The notes below the pieces were generated by a model. The model saw only the letters and a list, made by a program, of their open reading frames with translations. It ran no database searches and was not told where the DNA came from. Below are positions 55,901-64,000 of a DNA stretch of 64,000 nucleotides, piece by piece. The position numbers and the translations under genes were made by a program. How positions within the stretch are numbered: the first letter of the stretch is position 1; each line of letters starts with the position of its first letter. The DNA is from Mustelus asterias (lineage: Eukaryota). The stretch lies in NCBI RefSeq assembly GCF_964213995.1, contig NW_027590121.1, positions 2,604,001 through 2,668,000 on the forward strand. Reading direction: 5' to 3'.

Positions 55901-55980
55901 GTCTGTGTGTGTGTGAGGGTGTCTGTGTGTGTGTGTGAGGGTGTCTGTGAGTGTGTGAGGGTGTCTGTGAGTGTGTGTGT
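55901..55980. repeat. GT-rich compound microsatellite
   Basis: Repeated gtgtgtgagggtgtctgt units. Confidence 0.85.
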
Positions 55981-56519
55981 TACTTCTCATTGGTTTCACA
56001 CCAACATTCCTCTTTCTGAGCAGACATTCTGGCTCCTGATAAACCCATTGAGTGATTTGAATGGTACAATTCAGAGATTCTTCATCCAGGGTGAAACCAC
56101 AGGCTGACTGTGTGCTGTGTAAAACCAGACATCTACACAACCTAATCCCACTTCTCCTGGAACAACGTGAAGTGACTACAATTTTCCAGATTGATTTCTT
56201 TGCTCTCAATATTATTTCAGATAGTTCATAAATTCCATGAGTATGTTATCCTTTAACACACCTGTGGTGTCCAGTTTAAAAACTTCCCTCAGTCTGACCA
56301 ACATATAGCAATGGGATTGCTGCTATTACAGGAATCCATTCTGTAAATCTGATTCCTGGCTCTCTGGAGTAATGCATTGATCCAGACTTTCCCACTTAAC
56401 ACCAATCCATACCCCATCTGAGTTCCAGATTTTAATATGATTTCTCAAAACACAGGCAGCAAAGTGGCACAGTGATCAGCAGTGCCAGGGACCTGAGTTC
56501 AATTCTGGCCTCAGGTGTT

Positions 56520-57190
56520 ACAAGGAAGCTTACATTAACACTGCAATGAAGTTACTGTGAAAATCCCCTAGTCGTCACGCTTGGCGCCTGTTCAGGTGCA
56601 CTGAAGGAGAATTTAGCACGGCCAATGCAGCTAAGCAGCATGTCTTTCGGACTGTGGGAGGAAACCTGAGCACCCAGAGGAAACCCATGCAGCTACAGAG
56701 AGAACGTGCAAACTCCACACAGTCACCCAAGACTGGAATTGAACCGGATCCCTGGCACTCTGAGGTAGCAGTGCTAACCACTGTGCCACAGCTCTCTGTG
56801 TGGAGTTTGCACGTTCTCCCTGTGTCTGCATGAGGTTGCTCAGAGTGCTCCAATTTCATCCCACACTCCAAAGATGTGCAGGTTAGGTGGATTGGCCATG
56901 GCAAATTGCCTCTTCGTGTATGGGTTGGGGGAATTAATGGGGTAAATACATGTCACACAAAATCCTTCTTCATCTCAAACTATAAATCTCTGTCCCCACA
57001 GACTCCCTCCTTCCTAAAGTAAAGTTTATTTATAAGTCACAAGTAAGGCTTACATTAACACTGCAATGAAGTTACTGTGAAAGTCCCCTAATTGCCACAT
57101 TCCGGCGCCTGTTCGGGTCAATGCACCTTACCAGCATGTCTTTCAGATTGTGGGAGGAAACTGGAGCACCTGGAGGAAACTCATGCAGGC
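56520..57190. mobile_element. Cluster of V-SINE pieces in alternating orientation, including a subfamily with a different tail
   Basis: A - copy at 56525-56790, a + fragment at 56794-56950, and a - fragment at 57018-57190 whose tail (gtaagccttacttgtgact..ataaataaacttt) also appears at 19944-19993. Confidence 0.75.
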
Positions 57191-57489
57191 CTATTGATAC
57201 GATTGATTGTAACACTAATTTATCCGACTATCCTCCTCCTTTTTCCCCAGTTCTCCTCCCCTGAAGGTGCTGACTCTCGGGATCAGTTTCACACTCACCT
57301 GCTGCCTTCCCCAATGTCACCCAAGTATCTAAATCTTTCCACCTGAAGTTAACAAACTGTTTTGTAAAGGGGACATCCCAATCCAATCCAGTGACTCCCC
57401 ACATGTACTTTGTGTCAGGGTGGGGTCACTGCGCTCCCCACTCCCACTTTCCATCACAGTCCCAGGAGTTTAGAGACTGGGTTCCGGAT

Positions 57490-57780
57490 GAGTAATGGCG
57501 GCCGCAGCTCCCACAATCGCCCACGATGGAGAAACCGCTCTATCCACCACGCGGGCGGGCCACATTGGGCTGCGCATGTCCAGAGGAGAGGGGAAGCCGC
57601 GCATGTGCAAAGAGAGCTCACCTCCTGACCGTCATGCTGAAGTGTTGACCAATGGAAAGAGTTGGAGGACCGGAAGGACTCTGGTCCTCCAGTCAATCAG
57701 AGTGCGGGCGTTTTGTGAATGAACATGGAGATGCAGTCAGACAAAATCTTCCTGCTCTCCCTAATATCTGTGAGTAAAAC
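57490..57780 (+). promoter_or_regulatory. Promoter and first exon of ZNF-I
   Basis: atggcggc (YY1 core), gcgcatgt x2, CCAAT module homologous to 8690-8755, and donor CT|GTGAGT at about 57770 as in ZNF-A. Confidence 0.68.
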
Positions 57781-58538
57781 ACTTTCTTTTCTCCCCCTTT
57801 CAATTTATTTTCTCATTCTGGGGAAAATTGGGGACTTGCAGCAACTGAAGGGAATGAAGTGAATCCAGTCTGTACATTCCACACATTTTTACTCCAGTAA
57901 TGTAGACATTTATCTGTCTGGCAGCCTGCATGGAGGTTTTCAGCTCTCTGTGTCCAGGACAGGAAGCAGTGAGCATGGATCTGTCAATCAGCCTCAATCA
58001 GCACCTTCAGGAGAATTGGGAGGGTGAATATTAGATACAGCGGAGTGAGAATGGAGGGAGAGTGTGTGGGATGGAGATTCACAGCTTTTGGAGAATGAGG
58101 GAGGAAAGAATGTTCCATAGAAACTAGAACTGTCTGTTCTGAATTTCTAACCTGTACTGACAGTGATGAATTTAATAAATTCCTTTTACAGAATATCAGA
58201 AGGTGAGGATTTACAGACAGTAATCTCAAAGCAAATGTCACATCAATATCTGACAGAGTCATTCAATTCATCATGTCCTGAACATCATGAGCCTTTGTAT
58301 CTAGAAGGATAAATATTTCTCTGTTCTTTTTGCTTCTGGAGATTTTAAACATCAGCGTGACTGAGAATTTACCAAGTCTCACGCACACACCCGAGTGAGA
58401 GTGTTCCAGTGCACTGACTCTGGAAAGAGCTTTAACCAGGGACACAGTCTGAAAAAAACATTGCGGCATTCACAGTGGGGAGAGACTGTACCCGTGTTCT
58501 GTGTGAGATTTAACTGATTGTTTAACCTGGAGAGTCAC

Positions 58539-59312
58539 ATGGACACCCGAACCATAGAGAAACCGTGGAAATGTGGGGACTGTGGGAAGGGATTCAGGTT
58601 CCCATCTGAGCTGGAAATTCATCGACGCAGTCACACTGGGGAGCGGCCGTTCACCTGCTCTGTGTGTGGGAAGGGATTCTATGATTCATCCAACCTGCAT
58701 ACACACCAATGAATTCACACGGGGAAGTGACCATTCACCTGTTCTGATTGTGGTACTGGATTTACTCAGTTATGTCATCTGCAGACACACCAGCAAATTC
58801 ACACTGCGGAGAGACCGTTTACCTGTCCTGTGTGTGGGAAGGGATTCACTGACTTATCCAGCCTGCGGATACACCAGCGAGTACATTCCGGGGAGAGGCC
58901 GTTCAACTGTCCTGTGTGTGGGGAAGGATTCACTTGGTTATCCAGCATGCGCAGACACAGAGTCACTCACAGCAATGAGAGACCCTTTAAATGCTCTGAA
59001 TGTGGGAGCGACTTCAAAAGCTCTCAGGTTCTGATGTCCCACCAGCGCATTCACACTGAGGAGAGACCGTTCAGTTGCTCTCACTGCTCAAAGAGATTTA
59101 GAATGTCATCCTATCTGCGGGTACACCAGCGAGATCACACTGGGGAGAAACAATTCACTTGCTCTGCCTGTGGAAAGGGATTCACTCAGTTAACCAATCT
59201 GCAGAGACACCAGCGAGTTCATACTGGGGAGAGGCTATTCACCTGCACCGTATGTGGGAACGGGTTCACTCAGTCATCCCACCTGCAGACACACCAGCGA
59301 GTTCACAAGTGA
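58539..59312 (+). pseudogene. ZNF-I, 9-finger gene with the family start codon lost (ATG->ATA at 58554) and two in-frame stops (58710, 58728)
   Basis: accATAgag, caa TGA att and aag TGA cca; the downstream fingers stay in the same frame. Confidence 0.82.
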
Positions 59313-59884
59313 TTACAGGGGTTGAATTCTGCTGTTATTGCTGCTGTTAATCACATCCGGGACTGGGCTCATTGGCAGGCTCTTTAACAGAAAGTGAGTC
59401 CCTCTGAGGTAATTGGCAAAAGAGCCAGAGGGGGAGATGAGATTTTATTTTTGACACAGCGATGTTAGAAAATGGGGTTCCGGGAGTCAATTAGCTCTTT
59501 CTCCCCTTTTCCCAAACTCTGAAATGATTGCCAGTGATAACCCTTATTGGTGACGGTGGTTAGATTTTATTCAGTATCAATAAGAGCTGACACAGGCTAA
59601 TGTCTGAGCAGTCGTATCAAAGTGCAGCAGCATTACCATTACACTCTGGGTAGAAGCAGCATCTCCACGGAAATGCTCCCTGCTCTGCCCCAGATGCCAT
59701 GGCACCAGTCAATGCAATATGTAAAACCTCGACTAATCTCTGTGCTCGGGGAATCCCTTCTTATACTTTTTTACATCACAAAGTCTATGGAGACTGATTT
59801 AACCCAATCATTGCCGAGCCAACATTTGAACGGACCAATTAAAAAACCAAATGGTGCAAAGGGACAAGAGGGATATGAGTCCCT

Positions 59885-60270
59885 GGAAGGTGTTGAAGAT
59901 AATTTTCTGCAGCAGTGTGTTTCTGCTCCAGTGAGAGGGCAGGCACTGCTGGACCTGGTTCTGGGGAATGAGTTGGCCCAAGTGGATCAAATATCAGTGG
60001 GAGAGCATTGAGGGGAGAGTGACCATTGTATCATAAGGTTCAGGTTGGCCATGGAAAAGGACAAGGAATGATCCAGAACGGGGATCATTAATTGAGGGAA
60101 AGCCTCAACTTCGATAGGATGAGAATGGATCTGAGTCGAGTGAGTTGGAATCAAATGTTGGCAGAAAAGCCGCTGGCTGAACAATGGGTCACCTTTAAGG
60201 AAAATCTATTGCAGGCAATGTCAGGGTATATTCCCTTCAAGGGGAAGGTTGGAGAACTAAATCCAGGGAG
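59885..60270 (+). mobile_element. CR1 LINE endonuclease-region fragment
   Basis: EDNFLQQCVSAPVRGQALLDLVLGNE...VGEH*GESDHCIIRF. Confidence 0.82.
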
Positions 60271-60277
60271 CGAAATC

Positions 60278-61015
60278 GTCAAACCTGGAGAGTCACAAGG
60301 CCGTCCATACCCTGAAGATATGGTGGAAATGTGGGGCTGTGGGAAAGGACTCCATGCCCCCTGTGAACTGGAAACCCATCGACCCACGCACAGCAGAAAG
60401 AAGCTGTTCATCTGCTCTGTGTGTGGGAAGGGATTCATTGATTCATCCACTCTGCAGCGACACCAGCGAGTTCACACTAGGGAGAGGCCATTCACCTGCT
60501 CTGTGTGGGGGAAGAGATTCAGTAATTCCTCCAATCTGCTGATATACCAGCAAGTTCCCACTGGGGAGAAACCGTTCACTTGTTCTGAGTGTGGGAAGGG
60601 ACCCAATGACTCATCAACCCTGCTGATACACCAGCGCGTTCACACGGGAGAGAGGCCATTCCCCTACTCTGAGTGTAGGAAGGGATTCACTCAGTTATCC
60701 AATCTGCTGAGACACCAGTGCACTCCCACCAATGAGAAAGCCTTTAAATGCTCTGATTGTGGGAGTTGCTTCAGAAACTCTGCCGACCTGAAGATCCACC
60801 AGTGCATTCACACTGAGGAGAGACCGTTCTGCTGCTCTCACTGCACAAGGAGGTTTCGAACATCATCCAAGCGACTGAGCCATTGGCGAGTTCACACTGG
60901 GGAGAAGCCATTCTCCTGCCCCGTGTGTGGGAAGGGATTCACTTCGTCATCGGAGCTGCTGGGACACTAGGGCAGTCACACTGATTGGAGCCTTTCTTGA
61001 TGCTCTGACTGTGGG
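60278..61015 (+). pseudogene. ZNF-J, decayed finger array lacking its own promoter and acceptor
   Basis: About 8-9 finger units with many Cys/His substitutions (CSVW, QQVP, YSEC, QCTP) and a stop at 60968. Confidence 0.8.
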
Positions 61016-62119
61016 TGTTAATTGTATCGATTAAGGTGAACTACATGGAGGTTATTGATTGGATCTATAAAGGGACAGTTAGTGACGGTGCCTGGAGTTA
61101 GGAGGTATACACCTGTAATGTTTCACTCTGTGAATAAATCTGCACCAAATAAAGATTGACTCCACCCTAAAGCTGTCAGGATTATCACAGTCATTGCAGC
61201 GCAGGTTTCTTTCCTCAACTCCAGTAGATGTTCCGACAGTTTCAGGATCCACTTCTTGTTGGGAAGCAGCACCTCAGTAAGTTTCCCTTTGGATCATCGG
61301 TTATCCTCACCCGCTCTGTTGCGGGGTATTTTGAGATGGCCAATTATGTTTTAACTTAATGTAAAACTCATGAGGCAGGTATCTCTGTATAAAGATGTAA
61401 CATTTATTTTAAAAAGACAAACAAACAAGCAGCTGCCCGGAGACCATCAAAGGGTTAAGTAGCTCCAGAGCGGCAAAACATCTCAGCTGGTTCTGACATG
61501 TACAATCAAAAACAGATCAATTATAGATTTTCTTATCAATAATTCCTGCCTTATATTAGCTTAAAATCAATTACATTTAGTATACACACATCAATATAAA
61601 TCTCTATCAAGTACCCCAGACAACCACATTCTGCCAGTCAGCATAATGATATCTCATTAGCCATTCAATGCCAGGTGCTCACATCCATCTTGGCTGAACT
61701 CATCCCTATTGCTAAGTAACTATAACCGCTCATCATAGAGGTCAAAGTGAATGTTCCCACCGGCTCATTGCCAAACTGAACAGACATGTGTTCCTGTGTC
61801 CAGATACATATCTATTCTATGTCCAGACAATGAATATCTCTTTTCATAAAGTTTCAATGTGTGTTCCCTCATAAGAAACTTTCTGATATAAATTCTGCGA
61901 ACTAAAGGGATCCCAGGCCTTTGGCTCTGAACTTTTAGCTGATACCATCATACTTTGCAGCATCTTTGCTTTTGGGTGATGTGAGCAATACTTAGAACAT
62001 TTTCAAAATACATTTAGAAATATCAGCATATGTTTTCAAATTGTAATTGTTTAATCTTCTTACTGCATACACATATGTCTAGTCTATTCCCCTGTTAGCT
62101 ATCAACTAGTTTCAAGAAT

Positions 62120-62478
62120 CATTCTGAGGGGCTTGGATAGAGTGGACGTGGAGAGGATGTTTCCAAGAGTGGGAGAGACTAGAACTCGAGGGCACAATCT
62201 CAGGGTTAAGGGACGCTCCTTTAAAACTGAGATGAGAAGGAATTTCTTCAGTCAGAGAGTGGTGAATCTGTGGAATTCATTGCCACATAGGGCTGTGGAG
62301 GCCGGGTCATTGAGTGTCTTTAAGACAGAGATAGATAGGTTCTTGATCAATAAGGGGATCAAGGGTTACAGGGAGAAGGTAGGAGAATGGGGATGAGAAT
62401 CATATCAGCCATGATTGAATGGTGGAGCAGACTCGATGGGGAAACGGCCTATTTCTGCTCCTATATCTTATGGTCTTA
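62120..62478 (+). mobile_element. CR1/HER1 LINE 3' fragment
   Basis: DRVDVERMFP...FFSQRVVNLWNSLP and tail tcttatggtctta. Confidence 0.88.
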
Positions 62479-63184
62479 TTTAACTCTTTATTACTATTCT
62501 GTCTGAAAATCTTATGAGCTGGTCCGGAATCCCCCTCTACCCGCTCCCTGTGAGGAGGCCGGATGTGGATTATTACCAAAAGTCTGATTGTCGGTGGGGG
62601 GTCTGGTGGGTGGAAGCAGAACCTGGAGTTGGGCAGTGGGTGTTACCGTACTGGTATTGAGGCTCCTGGGTGGTCACACTGTGTTCCCCTTCTCCATGGG
62701 ATGCCACCTGTGTGGGTTCATGTTGGGCACTGGAAATTTCCAGTGTACAGTTTAGTGTGGGGTTACATCCCCCTCCCTACAGGGTGTGGGCGGACAACAT
62801 TCCTCCCTTTCTCCCGACACTCCACAAACAAGATTCCCGGAGAGAGGGATCCACTCTGAGTTATAGTCAGTACATTTAATCAATGCAGTAGATTGTGTGG
62901 ACATAAAAGATTCTCCAGCTCTCCATTCACCTGGATCCATCTTGTGGATAAATGTTATGAAGTATTATTTCTCCCGAGCCTTCAATTGTCCCAATCCAAA
63001 ATTCCTTTAAGCTTTAGTCCATCTTCATTGTCTTAAAGTCCGTTTGTCTCTGGAGTTTGTGTCAGTGCCTTGATCATTTCAAAATGTTTTCTTACTCTTC
63101 AGGCCATGTTAGCCATTGCACGCCGCATATTCTGAGGGAGTCTGCATCAGTGTCCTGTACACCCTGTCTGACTGGTAACTACTG

Positions 63185-63410
63185 TGAGGAGGCTGAGGGA
63201 CCACTCCCACCTCTTTCCTGTGCTATTTCTCATCTCAACCCAGTCTGATTCTTTGTGTTGCTCTTTCAGGCTAAGGACATCTCTCACTACTGTACTAATA
63301 TCATCCTTCATTAACAGAGCTACCCCACCTCCTTTTCCAAGCTTCCTATCTTTTGAAAGTGTCAAATACTCTGCAATATTTAGTTCCCAGCCTTAGTCAC
63401 TCTGTAACCA
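63185..63410 (-). mobile_element. CR1 LINE endonuclease fragment
   Basis: KDRKLGKGGGVALLMKD...ESDWVEMRN. Confidence 0.75.
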
Positions 63411-63707
63411 TTGTTAGGATACCAGGCCGGAACTCCAAGTTATATTAGGAAGCCAGACGAGACCTCAACATTTATCTTTTTGGGAAAAATGTGAGGAGAG
63501 GAGACTTTGCTCCAGGAGTGATGAGAAAATAGAGATTTTTAAAATATTAAAATAAACTTTATTCACAACTGTTTAAATACAACACTAACAACGTAAACAA
63601 TTAACCGCTGAACAATACTTAAAATGAAAGGAATCAATTTAATTTCTAACTTAGCAACATCCGTTCAGAGGTTCAAATCCCAATTTAAATACAGTTAACA
63701 AGCACAG

Positions 63708-64000
63708 ATCATAGAGTCATCAAGGTTTACAGCATGGAAACAGTGTCTTCAGCTCAACTTGTCCATGGCGCCCTTATCTTTTTAACCATCAAGCTAGTCC
63801 TAATTGCCCATGTTTGGCCCATATCTCTCTATACCCACCTTACACATGTAACTGTCTAAACGTTTTTTAAAAGTCAAAATTGTGCCTGCCTCTACTACTA
63901 CCTCTGGCAGCTTGTTCCAGACACTCATCACCTTCTGTGTGAAAAAATTGCCCCTCTGGACCCTTTTTATCTCCCCTCCCACCTTAAACCTATGCCCTCT
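63708..64000 (-). mobile_element. CR1/HER1 LINE 3' end (continues beyond the window)
   Basis: RGNFFTQKVMSVWNKLPEVVVEAGT plus 3' UTR. Confidence 0.85.

Noticed and set aside
62520-63060. Possible retroelement coding fragment on the minus strand
   Set aside because: No motif could be identified with confidence; left unannotated.

Overview
Eukaryotic (vertebrate) genomic DNA, almost certainly from an elasmobranch (shark or ray). That assignment rests on many HE1-type V-SINEs, SacSINE1-like DeuSINEs, CR1/HER1 and Rex-Babar LINE fragments, and Penelope-like elements. The window is a cluster of ten C2H2 zinc-finger genes or pseudogenes, here labelled A-J, on both strands and often head-to-head. 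No KRAB, SCAN or BTB exon is recognisable. Most units share one cassette: a CCAAT/GC-box/NRF1/YY1 CpG-rich promoter, a short apparently non-coding first exon, a conserved ~200-bp intron module ending in a splice acceptor, a last exon, and a conserved 3' UTR. The last exon opens with three decayed fingers; the ATG sits where a finger linker has Gly (TGEKP->TMEKP), and in six paralogs an in-frame TGA lies exactly 39 nt upstream of that codon. Other highlights: (1) a SINE-tail insertion in ZNF-E that could be spliced out as a new 68-nt GT-AG intron restoring the frame; (2) tRNA-Phe and 5S rRNA relics in the leaders of a divergent gene pair; (3) a 60-bp promoter-unit minisatellite; (4) minimal hammerhead ribozyme motifs in Penelope termini; (5) a ~4.5-kb segmental duplication with finger turnover. 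All calls are by eye; repeat boundaries are approximate and no database search was run.
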